A stretch of 63,500 bases of DNA, counting the filler, from Craspedostauros australis (lineage: Eukaryota): the NCBI GenBank assembly GCA_030167865.1. It is 11 parts of 11 records of this genome, joined end to end, with 100 filler letters (N's around TTAATTAATTAA, not from the genome) between each part and the next. Parts side by side here need not be neighbours in the genome. Positions count along the whole stretch, not along the records: positions 19,764 to 48,977 come from JALAGF010001565.1; positions 49,078 to 50,159 come from JALAGF010001566.1; positions 50,260 to 51,516 come from JALAGF010001567.1; positions 51,617 to 55,555 come from JALAGF010001568.1; positions 55,656 to 58,610 come from JALAGF010001569.1; 6 more parts are not named here. One strand, given 5' to 3'. Positions 48,198 to 58,710 of the stretch are shown piece by piece; position 1 is the stretch's first letter; each line of letters starts with the position of its first letter. Below the pieces are notes generated by a model that saw only the letters and a program-made list of their open reading frames with translations, was not told the DNA's origin and searched no databases. Position numbers and translations under genes: made by a program.

Positions 48198-48977
48198 TCA
48201 TTCCTGAAGGCGTTCCTTCGCCCTCATCACCTCCATCTTCCAGTTGATACCGAATACGACGACAGTTCCAAATAGGAGCATGTGGAGCCATGTACCAACC
48301 GTCGTACCAGCCAGAAGGCCAACTACGCCGCAGAAATAGTCATCTTCGCATGTCATGTCCCCATCATTGCGCACGAATGCGTTGTAGTAGGCCAAGGGCA
48401 GGCCAACGAACCAGTACGAGAAGAAGACGACAGGCACGCTGATCCACTGTTTGCCGCATCCCTTGAGGGTGCTGTTGAATGCGTACAGCACGCCGTCGGC
48501 GAAGATGTAAACGGCGAGCAATGGGATTGTTTGCGCAGCCTCGTCGACGACACCATCTTCGCCGGGTGCGAAGAGTGATGGGAAGAAGGTGTGGGGGACT
48601 GCCATCAAGATCGTGCCAAGGGTGAGGGTGAGCGCGACTGTGCACAAAGTGCAGACAGTGCCTGCAAATTTGGCGGCGTGTGCCTTGCCTTCTCCCAAGA
48701 GGTTGCTGACTCTGGTGGCCCCTGCAATTCCAATTCCCATGGACAACGAGAAGCAGGTCACGTTGATGGATTGGAACAGGCTCATCCCACCGAGCGCTGA
48801 TTCCGGACTGGGCGAAAGTTGCCCTGCAAGGATGACGATCGTTTCGGACGACCACAATTCCGCGAAAGCGAAGATGCCCGGCACCGCCAGGACGAGGTAT
48901 TGGATGATGCCATAGAGCGATGATATGGCAGCCTTGAATTCGGGCCAGAACGTCAGCTTCGTCTTGTTGATCGCGAT
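48198..48977 (-). CDS. MATE family efflux transporter (C-terminal half; 5'-partial at contig end)
   Basis: ELWSSE, GIAGATRVSNLLGEG, ADG...STLKGCGKQ and YWFVGLPLAY. Frame open to 48977. Confidence 0.92.
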   Translation of the reverse strand: MAINKTKLTFWPEFKAAISSLYGIIQYLVLAVPGIFAFAELWSSETIVILAGQLSPSPESALGGMSLFQSINVTCFSLSMGIGIAGATRVSNLLGEGKAHAAKFAGTVCTLCTVALTLTLGTILMAVPHTFFPSLFAPGEDGVVDEAAQTIPLLAVYIFADGVLYAFNSTLKGCGKQWISVPVVFFSYWFVGLPLAYYNAFVRNDGDMTCEDDYFCGVVGLLAGTTVGTWLHMLLFGTVVVFGINWKMEVMRAKERLQE

Positions 48978-49148
48978 NNNNNNNNNNNNNNNNNNNNNNN
49001 NNNNNNNNNNNNNNNNNNNNNTTAATTAATTAANNNNNNNNNNNNNNNNNNNNNNNNNNNNNNNNNNNNNNNNNNNNTGTCCGTTCGATCTATTGGAATG
49101 CTGACGAGTCGGATGATTCGTAGTCTCTCTCGCTAAGGTGGTTACTAG

Positions 49149-50159
49149 TTTAGCTCTATTAACAACAGTAAGCCAAAGTTCAATGGGGAGTGTAAGTATT
49201 GCGGTAAGAAGGGACACAAGATCCTACAGTGCTTCAAGCTAAAGGCAGCCATGAAGGAGGCAGACTCGGCCAATGTGGCGACTGATGGGATGGAGGGAAA
49301 CAACGACGTGGCTCTTGTGATGACAGACGAGTTAATTTGTGGGCCCACCTCGGGAAACACGAACGAATCGGAAAATGTGACCAACTTGTCTGTGAACACA
49401 GGCGAGGCGAAAACACGCGACAACAACAGCAACTACCAAGCTGACTCCAAGGTAATGGAGGACGTTGCCTTTGCAGCCATCGTCGAACAGACTGACACAT
49501 CTCCCATTCTTTCTTTGAGACCACACAACGTCAACAACAAGATGAGCAACTCCAACCAAGGACAAGATTCCTACTACGACGCAAGCCTCACCAACGAAGA
49601 GGCCACCGACACCGAAGATGTCGACGATGACATGGGGGAAGCCAACCAAAGAAGGCAGCCACACCGTCCGGTGTACAACTTCGCCCCTGAGCACACGCTT
49701 GTGGAGCGGATGATCGAGAACGCCGCACGGCTCACCACCAACATGGCCTGGTGCCCTTTGTGCCTCAAGCGAGGACCGCTCTACGCATGGTGCGTGGAAT
49801 GCCCCCAAGTCCCATTCTTCATCCAGCTCCACAACGACCCACGCGGGGATGTGCCGAGCAACGATGCGGAACGCGCGGAGCGCCGCGCCCTGCTCGCAAG
49901 GACCGGTTCCCTCCGTTACGCCATTCGAGCGTCGTTGAGCAACGTGCTCCCAGCCAACGAGGTGCGAAACGAACTCGCCCTATTGTGCTACGATGCTGTG
50001 CATACTCATACGGGGGACCATACTCCACAGATTGAACCACGCTCCGTGTACTTCAAGCTGCATGACATCGGCATGATCACTACGATGGCCGTTTGTCGCA
50101 ACCCCTGCAACATCAACAACAGCTTGGAAGCTCACTATCGCCAACCCTTCCCTAGCAAT
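49149..50159 (+). mobile_element. Copia-type gag fragment (zinc knuckle) with long atypical in-frame extension
   Basis: KPKFNGECKYCGKKGHKILQC (CX2CX4HX4C, 49191-49232) is in frame with ORF 49251, which runs to the contig end. Confidence 0.75.
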
Positions 50160-50259
50160 NNNNNNNNNNNNNNNNNNNNNNNNNNNNNNNNNNNNNNNNN
50201 NNNTTAATTAATTAANNNNNNNNNNNNNNNNNNNNNNNNNNNNNNNNNNNNNNNNNNNN

Positions 50260-51516
50260 GGCATTCGGTTCCTCTTGATCTTCTCCCATACTCCCCTTCG
50301 GGTCATATCGTTGAACTCCTTATTGATGGCCTCTCTCCACTTCTTCCTCTTCTCGGGATCTGCATGGTCCCAGCATTCTTCGAAGGTGGTAGGGTCTAGC
50401 ATCATAGCTACGCTTGCTTGCTCGGGTCTGANNNNNNNNNNNNNNNNNNNNNNNNNNNNNNNNNNNNNNNNNNNNNTCATCTTTCCGTGAGTGGTGTCTA
50501 TCATCATCCCTGCGACGTCTCTGTTGAACATCGACCCGTCTGTATGGAAGCTCGGCCCCTCTGTCGCCGCTGTTTCGGCTTCTGTCTCTTGGGCAGTTTC
50601 TTGCTTCTCCTCGTCAGATTCCGATGCCTCGCTAGATCCGTAGTCTCTGTCCTCCTTAGGAACGGGCGAGTTGTTATACCCTGCGAGATCTCTGACCATT
50701 CTTGGTACGTGCGCAACAGGTGTTGCGACTGGAGTCGAGGGCGGTTCTTGCTCTACCGTTCTTTCCTCACTCCTTCCATCCTCGTCCCTTCCGGATTCAT
50801 CGCCGACGTCTTCGTCTGGTTCCTGATCCTCCTGGACGGGTAGCAGGTCGTCCTGCTCTACCGCAGCATCTTCTGAATCTCCTTGTTCTCTGGTTCTGCT
50901 GCGCTGGTCATCGTCATCGATCTCTATGTCACTCATACTGTCCGATTGACGAAGCCAAGTCACTCCTTTCTCTGGAGACGAGTCTCTTGATGAGGAGTCG
51001 TCGTCTGCGTTCATTACTCTGGATCTGCTGGCATCCTTAATACCTTTGAACTCTCCATANNNNNNNNNNNNNNNNNNNNNNNNNNNNNNNNNNNNNNNNN
51101 NNNNNNNNNNNNNNNNNNNNNNNNNNNNNNNNNNNNNNNNNNNNNNNNNNNNNNNNNNNNNNNNNNNNNNNNNNNNNNNNNNNNNNNNNNNNNNNNNNNN
51201 NNNNNNNNNNNNNNNNNNNNNNNNNNNNNNNNNNNNNNNNNNNNNNNNNNNNNNNNNNNNNNNNNNNNNNATTTTTCCGTTTAACAGTATACACGCTGGC
51301 TCCCTTGACTTCGTGCCAATGATGTTCTCCAGCTGCGTCGCCGTGTGAGCAGCCTCTGCCCACAGCTTGCCTCGCGTTGTTTTTGGTAGATGGGTTTGAT
51401 TCAGCATGGCGCGTACTTTGCCGTAGAGTGTTGCGAATTTCCTTTCGACGCGACCGTTCTGTTGGGGAGTCGATGCCGCAGTGTACTCGAAGGTTGGGGC
51501 GAATCCCTTGTTAAGT
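50260..51516 (-). mobile_element. Ty1/Copia LTR-retrotransposon pol fragment (integrase to start of RT), with internal N gaps
   Basis: FEYTAASTPQQNGRVERKFATL, LWAEAAHTATQLEN, then DPTTFEECW..KKWREAINKEFNDM..RGVWE. The integrase-before-RT order indicates Copia. Confidence 0.93.
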
Positions 51517-52561
51517 NNNNNNNNNNNNNNNNNNNNNNNNNNNNNNNNNNNNNNNNNNNNTTAATTAATTAANNNNNNNNNNNNNNNNNNNNNNNNNNNN
51601 NNNNNNNNNNNNNNNNGCGAAGGGGGACATTCAGGTGGACGTCGAGGGGGACATTCAGTCACGTGTATTCGGATGCAACACGCGCAGCCATGCCGGCGCG
51701 AAGAAGAGCGGGCTGGCGCGTGACGTTATATGTGGGTAGCATGGTACTTTCATAGACCCAAATGTGAATATCGATGACACCACAAATACGCGTAACTCTG
51801 CCAGTTCGGTGAGACACGGATAGTGAGCACATGGCCATGCCGGCGCGTTCCTCGACTGGCTGGCGCGCATCATAGGCCTAAAATATTATAGGTCTATCTA
51901 AGTACCTTCTCGTTTGGGCCTACTGGGGACAATTTACCGTGCGCCCCTGGGAAGGATGATGAACGCAAAATGACATGTGGAGATTGACGGCGACGTTGCG
52001 AAGAAGAGAGGCAGAAAGAGAGGAAGATGCAACATGTTGCGGATTCCTCACATCTCCTTCGCATCCACATCAACAACACTGCCAGGCAGAACACTGACAT
52101 CACTGCCGCCACCACCACCATCGCCAATTTCGGGTTCGTTGTTGTTCGAATTTATCGACGCTGAGAAACTCGTGACTCAGGACACATCTTTCTCCATTTC
52201 GAGTCTTGTCTTGTGTTCGCGCACAAAGTATGAGTAGACAAGGTTACCCCCATTTCTAACATCGTATTGTGTTTAGACCAATAGCAACATAGTAGAAGTA
52301 GAAGGAATGAACCGTGGCAGAGGAGAGTGATAGCACCATTGCTCAAGCTGTTTTTATTACAGGTGTACGGCACTACACAATGACTTGCATGTACCCCAGC
52401 TCGTAGATTTTTGGTACCATGCGTATTCTAAAAACAAGAGTCAGTTCGTATCCCTTGTCAGGCATGATAGTTCCAACATTCGTCGCTCTGCGACTGTCGC
52501 TACATCGCCTCGCTGCGTCCCTTCGTCCACAACCATGGAGAGTAATGGTGTGTGCGTCTGC

Positions 52562-54895
52562 TCAGGTTGTCGCCGTTGTCGAAGATGCTGCTGTTGCCGT
52601 TGCGCCACCGAGAGCAGACTTCTTGAATTGCAAACGCCACTTGTCACGTTCGTAGGTTTCGTCCATCTCGGCGCAGAACTGCTCAAAGTCTCTCAGCGTC
52701 ACCACCCCATCACCTGTCGTGTCGGCGAAGGAATGAACGAATTGCGCCAACGACAACTCACGATCGTCAACGGAGAAGTCCAGCAGCTCCTTCAGGGCGA
52801 GCTGGATCTCTTCAACTGTCACGGTGCCGTCGCCGTTCTGGTCCAACACCGCCAACCGCCCTTCCGGGTCGCAGGTGTTCACGTCGCATTCGTCTTCACC
52901 GTCCAGTTCTTCGGTGATGGCATCCCACAGCTTCCTCCATAGATTCCTCGCGAAGTACGCCATCAGCTCGGCATGGATATTGATGTACGCACCCTTGGGC
53001 GGGATGAATTCGGGATGGTCGGTGTAGTACTTCGTCCATGGTGGGCATTGGCCGTTCGTCAGGTCGGAAATCTTCGTGCCCACGCGGTAGATGCGGTCCG
53101 GATCCAGAGGTTCGCCGTCCACGTGCGTAACGGTGTTGGTCTCGGCATCTTCGATCACGCCCTGATCATACTGCAGCCATCCGGGGATGGGTTCCCCTGC
53201 GTGCGTGGCTGCGATGCCCTCCGCCAGCAACCAACCCGGCATGGGCAGGACGGCGATCACTTCATCCGGCTTCACCTCCGCCTCCAGCGCTTCCAACGAA
53301 AAGAAGCTGCCGAGCGGGTAATCGGCGTTGCCGCGCACGTTGCCGCCCATCAGGAGGATCGCATCCAGCTTGTGGCTGCGTTGGCGTCGCGCGACGTTCA
53401 TGGAGGAACGGATCAGCGAGCACAGGTAGATACCCATCGTGCAGACGCTGCCGCGGCTGTTGTTGGAGGACAGCGGCTCGAATCGTGGCGGGACGCGCGC
53501 CAGCTCCGTGTTGCGCAGCGGCTCCAGCACGTCGTACGCGCGTTCGTTGGTCTCCTCCAGCGCCTCGTCGACGGGCCAGTCCTCGCATTTTACGAACTTG
53601 GCGCGAATCCGCGGTTTCTCGTCCTCCTTTGCCTTCCATGAAATCTCCAGCATCGTGGCGTACACCGCATTCATGCCAGGTTTCAGCAGCCTCGTGCCTT
53701 CGATGACTTCGTCGACGCGATGATGATCATGACCCGACAGGACGATTGGGAAATCGAATGTTCGGCAGGTGATTTCATCGTCGGGAACGTAGAGATGCTG
53801 CAGAGGGATGACCATGTCGCAGCTGTGCGGGTCGTCTTCCAGTATGGCCTTGTACTTTCGCAGCGTGTCCCACGGATTTGTCAATGTGGCACCGCCGAAT
53901 GCTCCGGGCGACTTGAAATGCGCGTAGAGAGCGGGGTCGTCGGACAGCACCGCGATGAGGCCGACCTTGCGCGTCTGGCTTTGATCCGGCGACGGGATTT
54001 CGATGACCTCGTATTCCTGCTGGTGCTCCATCTCGTCATGATCGAGCATGTTGGAATTGATCCAGGTGCCCTTGAAATTGCGAACGTGACGGCACACCGC
54101 GCGGTGATCGATGTCTGCCTCGTGGTTGCCCCAAGTGAGGTAATCGAGGGGAATGGAATTCAAGGCGTTCATCATGCCGGCGCCGCGATCGATGCCGGAG
54201 AGCAGGTAGGGGCTGAGGAAATCGCCGGTCAGCATGGAGACGACCTTGGCACCTGGATTCTGGCGCTTGGTCTCCTCAATCAATGTCTTGAAGGAAGCAA
54301 AGTTCTCGAGCGTGTACACGTCCGTGATCTGCAGGATGATGAGACGCGATTCCGTGGGCAACGGCGAGCGTGAGATGGAGGCTCTTGGTGCAGCCGAATG
54401 CTTGTCGGAGCCATCTGCTGCGCTGTCTTCAATGGCGTCGTCATCTTCCTCGTCATAATCAGGAATGAAGGTGACCTTGTCCTCTTGGCTGGGTGCACGT
54501 CCACCTCCTCTGGCGTTCCTCATGGCCATGAGGGCTGTGAGCGTGAGACCAGCGAATGCCTCAACGGAAGTGTCTGGTGCGATGGATGTGGCAGGCAGTA
54601 GGATGCCGAGGCACAGCAGCGCAAGTGCGGTAGTTGGTAGCAATGTACGAGTATTGACCTTGCTCCTCCTGAACGCCCTGCGGGTGGTGTGGCGTTTGAA
54701 GCTACTTCGTGATGGACTACTTGCACCGATGCTCCCGATTGGGCATGGATGTGAACGTGCATGTGATGCTTGATAGTCGTTGGTGCGACTGCAATTGCGA
54801 GTGTAGTTGCAATGGCGACAAGGATCGGAATCAGAATGGCAATTGCTTTCGCGACCTCCAGCGCAGCCACGGTCGCAGGAGATTGTGGATGTCAT
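52562..54895 (-). CDS. 5'-nucleotidase-like calcineurin-fold metallophosphoesterase with two C-terminal EF-hands (start uncertain)
   Basis: LQITDVY, GDFLSP, GNHEAD, SGHDH and GGNVRG, plus EF loops DQNGDGTVTVEE and DTTGDGVVTLRD. Hydrophobic segment near the N-terminus. Confidence 0.88.
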   Translation of the reverse strand: MTSTISCDRGCAGGRESNCHSDSDPCRHCNYTRNCSRTNDYQASHARSHPCPIGSIGASSPSRSSFKRHTTRRAFRRSKVNTRTLLPTTALALLCLGILLPATSIAPDTSVEAFAGLTLTALMAMRNARGGGRAPSQEDKVTFIPDYDEEDDDAIEDSAADGSDKHSAAPRASISRSPLPTESRLIILQITDVYTLENFASFKTLIEETKRQNPGAKVVSMLTGDFLSPYLLSGIDRGAGMMNALNSIPLDYLTWGNHEADIDHRAVCRHVRNFKGTWINSNMLDHDEMEHQQEYEVIEIPSPDQSQTRKVGLIAVLSDDPALYAHFKSPGAFGGATLTNPWDTLRKYKAILEDDPHSCDMVIPLQHLYVPDDEITCRTFDFPIVLSGHDHHRVDEVIEGTRLLKPGMNAVYATMLEISWKAKEDEKPRIRAKFVKCEDWPVDEALEETNERAYDVLEPLRNTELARVPPRFEPLSSNNSRGSVCTMGIYLCSLIRSSMNVARRQRSHKLDAILLMGGNVRGNADYPLGSFFSLEALEAEVKPDEVIAVLPMPGWLLAEGIAATHAGEPIPGWLQYDQGVIEDAETNTVTHVDGEPLDPDRIYRVGTKISDLTNGQCPPWTKYYTDHPEFIPPKGAYINIHAELMAYFARNLWRKLWDAITEELDGEDECDVNTCDPEGRLAVLDQNGDGTVTVEEIQLALKELLDFSVDDRELSLAQFVHSFADTTGDGVVTLRDFEQFCAEMDETYERDKWRLQFKKSALGGATATAASSTTATT

Positions 54896-55782
54896 CTCCC
54901 CAGCAGGCCTTTTTGCTATTATGTGATCTTCAGCGTTGCTCACTTCCACCTGCTCGGATGTTTTCGGCAGAAGGATCTGGTTGGTGATGAATCTTCGTCG
55001 TCCAATGTCAGAAGTTGGGGAGTTCCTGCGAGCACGGTTGCGGGATCGCGGGCTTCGGAATGGATGATGCCCAAGTGACGTTCTCTTTTTTGATGCTGCG
55101 TTCGGAGCCAACACCGGTGATACCGTCGATACCGATGCCCGGAGGGACCGCCCCTGCGAGAATTGGTTGCGCGAAAGGTCGGTTGGATGGACTGAATGCA
55201 AGAAGAAGAATGTACAAGACGAGGGGTATTCTACACCTTGAATGAATGAGGCAGGACGTTGATTGCTGATGGCGGAGTTGCAAACAAATGCCCACACTCG
55301 TGATGGCTTGCCGGGTTCTTGCTTGTCTCTTTTTGTTTTGGTTGATGGGCGATGAGCGATGGACAGCAATGGTGATGACACCAACGAACAATGCGGTGGG
55401 GGGAGTCATTCATTGGAATTGGTTGACATCGTGTGGGTGATGACAGGAGGTGAGTTGCGTGCGTCGAAGTGCCAGGGGGGCAGTTCAAAATGCAATAATT
55501 GGCTCTATTTCATAGCGTTTAAGTCATAAATCGCTTGTTTCCGCCTAGTTCTTATNNNNNNNNNNNNNNNNNNNNNNNNNNNNNNNNNNNNNNNNNNNNT
55601 TAATTAATTAANNNNNNNNNNNNNNNNNNNNNNNNNNNNNNNNNNNNNNNNNNNNCAAGTAATGAAATAGCAAACAGACGACTATCAACCAACACCATCT
55701 TCCACGATCGTAGGTTACCATGAGCGGAACTTGCCAACACATGATACAGAAGTCTGTTATTAGAGCACTATTGTAAAAATCA

Positions 55783-56756
55783 CTAGTGCCTCAAACAAAC
55801 GGCTGTAGCCAACGCCATTGGCGATTTTTGGCGATTTTTGGATCACGAAAAATGGTCTGTAGAATCTAGTACATTTTCTACGTAAGTCCCGAACAAAAAC
55901 AGGCCAGAAACAGCATCAACCGTGGTCCAACTCTCCGCACTCAGCTCGTATGGGCCATCCTGTACTCATAGTGCAGTTATAGTATCGCGTAGTGTTTATA
56001 TATACCATCCTGAAGTTTGGTGGCTGTTGCTCTCTTTCTCGGTGAGCACTGATGCCATCCATCAAGCACCCCCATCATTCACGGACGTTTTGTGGCTTCT
56101 GGTTGGCATGTTTTCTTGGTCGAGTTGTTCCAAAGAAGTGTTCCAACCGCCCATGACGTCATAATGACGCAAGCGTTGGAACCAGAATTGACCAAACTTG
56201 CTACCGAAATTGGGGATCCGAGTGGTCAAATATCACTCCGACCTCCATGGGAGCACTAAACGCAAGTATACCTCCATACCAACGCACTCAAACATAATAT
56301 AGATCATATAGTTGTGACCGCCTCGGAGAGAGTATTCTGAAATGATATCTATTGTACAGATTGAGCCAAAGAATGCTCAGCGCGGAGACTTTAAAGATGG
56401 AGGGTCGAATTTCTCGAAAAAAGAGGCCAGATCCTACTGAACCCCTGTAGAATCCTACTTGTAGCCAATTGTAGCCAATGAAAACCCGGTCCGTCCTTCG
56501 TCCGAAGGCAAAACCACACCAAGGGGGTCAACAAACACAAAAAGATCGACGAGATGGTAGTAACAACAAGACAGTGTTATCACTTGCCTGGATAGCCCTG
56601 GCTCTTAAGTTTACGTAGATGTGAAGAGATGTTGGATTGAGTGTCTATAAAACGAAGGCGGAGTTTGGGAAAAACTGATCCAAAATCTTTAGCCAACTGT
56701 AGCCAATAATCGCCAATAATCGCCAATTTTTGGGGTCCGTTTGTTTGAGGCACTAG
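55783..56756. mobile_element. Non-autonomous TIR element (MITE-like), ~970 bp
   Basis: Perfect 20-bp inverted repeat CTAGTGCCTCAAACAAACGG (55783-55802) / CCGTTTGTTTGAGGCACTAG (56737-56756), inverted subterminal TTGGCGATT repeats, and no long ORF. Confidence 0.85.
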
Positions 56757-56773
56757 GGGAGAGCAAAAGCAAA

Positions 56774-56844
56774 GTACCATGCCAGGATTCGAACCTGGAA
56801 CCTCAGTGAGAATTCCTGGTGCTCTACCGTTGAGCTACAGGCGA
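56774..56844 (-). pseudogene. tRNA-like sequence (tRNA pseudogene or SINE-type Pol III head)
   Basis: Intact D arm GCTC-AACGGTA-GAGC and T arm CCAGG-TTCGAAT-CCTGG at tRNA spacing. Acceptor and anticodon stems are mismatched. A T4 run lies just downstream. Confidence 0.7.
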
Positions 56845-56941
56845 TGCGATTGCTGAACCGAACGCAAGTGAAATTTATTGATAGTGGAGGCTACGGGAGT
56901 AACGTACTTAGCACTATTCGGTTTTGTGCTGATATGATGCA

Positions 56942-57196
56942 TGTGGAGAGCAGGAGACGGAATATCCAAGATGCATGATGAGATGTACATGAATTACATG
57001 CTGCATGACATGATGGTGCAGGAGGCAGCACTACATGAGCAAGGCAAAGACTGTGTGCTACTGTGGAATATGTATGCTATGGCATATGGAATTGAACGAA
57101 ATGAAGATGTCATGCTCACAGTTCCAACAATGCAATAACAGGAATAGGAGATAATCAGAGACTATAATAGAGACTGGGTGACCCCAGTTTCCAACA
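56942..57196 (+). mobile_element. Degraded solo-LTR-like sequence
   Basis: TG...TTTCCAACA ends. Shares GCTACTG, ATG..TGCTCACAGTT and ACCCC..TTTCCAACA with the sequence upstream of the Copia gag (61414-61539). Strongly CpG-depleted. Confidence 0.5.
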
Positions 57197-58710
57197 TTCA
57201 CATTCACAACAAAGCTTCCTGTTTGATCAAGGGTGCACGTATCGACTCCTCTTGTCCAATAAAGCATAGGAGGGATGGCGTCAATGCTGAAATCAGAATA
57301 AATGGCGTCGTTTGGTGAAAACGTGAGGTATTCATAGCTTGATGGAGCTTCAGACAGCATCATCGACTGCACACACTTGTGCAACACCTCTCACCACCGC
57401 ACTCTCATCTTCGCTCTCACTGCACCACTGTCCATGATGCGGACATGTAGATGATCCACAATGGCAAATGGCAAAACCTTGATGGTGTGTGGTGCTTGGT
57501 GGTTGACGCATACATTCGCAGGTGACTTCCCTTGATCCAGAGAGAAAGGGGGATGAAGAGAGACGGAAGGAGAGAAGTAGACAAACATGGTGAGTGCATG
57601 AAGCATCCAAAGACAGCCTGCCCATTTACCCGTTGCTCTCCATTGACGATGCAGTGATCGGGAATGTGAAGTTGTTGGCAGTGCGGATTGCGATCGCAGG
57701 GAAGCAGAGACAGAGGCGGAGGCGGAGACGGAAGCACCAGAAAATTGCTTGGTGCGCACCTCTGGCTGTTGCCACAGGTTCGTTTGCCGCAGCGTGTATT
57801 TCACCATTCCTGCCCTGGGCTGGAAATTGGGCGCGGATGGACCAAGATGTGCAAAGAAATGTGAAGGATCGTTCCAGTCTTTCGTTGGATTCTTGTTGGT
57901 GAAGTCTTCGTGTTCATGGGAGCTGTTGGTAAATACGACATTTCACCGAGTAAAAGGCTATTTGGTGATGTGTTCGCGATACTCTCTGGCAAATATAACG
58001 TCCGTACAACCATCCGTGTTTTCTTGTTCTGTGGTTGGCTTTGTGACGTGTGCCTGTGTCTGGGCAGCGCGAAAAAAAAAATAGGTGGCGCTTTCGATGG
58101 TCAGAAACCTGGAAGCGTCAAGTCATTTGCAACTTGTGCGGGCCGTTAAGAACACTTCGTCACAAAGAAGAACGTGGGAGGATTTGAGAATTGGATGGAT
58201 TCGTGGCGGCTGGATTTGTCGCGCTTATTAATCTGGCGGCTTCTATTCCTCATGTCTGTTGTGGTTTCACCAGGGGAACCGCGGTAAAGACCATATATTG
58301 GTCGGTTTGCCGATGGGACTCCGATAGTAGTCCAAGTAATCCGTTGCAACAAATTAGACTATCTAGAAGGTACTACCGTAGACAACAAATCGTCCTAGTG
58401 TGATCATGGTGATTAGAGTTATTCGTTAATAGTGTTATTCTTGTTCGTGTGTTGAGGGGTGGTCGGGATAGTCTCACTCGGTCTCTGTGCTGTCGTCATC
58501 GCCCTTTTTCAAGTTCGCAGGTGCTTGTGTGGCTTCGAAATCGCTGTCGCTATCGCTGTCCATGTGGAGGTCGATCAACACAGCCTCACGCTTTCTACGC
58601 TTCGTTTTAGNNNNNNNNNNNNNNNNNNNNNNNNNNNNNNNNNNNNNNNNNNNNTTAATTAATTAANNNNNNNNNNNNNNNNNNNNNNNNNNNNNNNNNN
58701 NNNNNNNNNN

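Noticed and set aside
49078..51516. gag fragment and pol fragment as one contiguous retrotransposon
   Set aside because: Separate contigs on opposite strands. They may or may not belong to the same family.
35543..54895. Nuclease plus 5'-nucleotidase as a nucleic-acid scavenging gene cluster
   Set aside because: They lie on different contigs separated by artificial spacers, so there is no evidence of linkage.
56774..56844. Functional tRNA-Glu(TTC)
   Set aside because: Acceptor stem mostly unpaired, anticodon stem has only 3 pairs, and U33 is absent.
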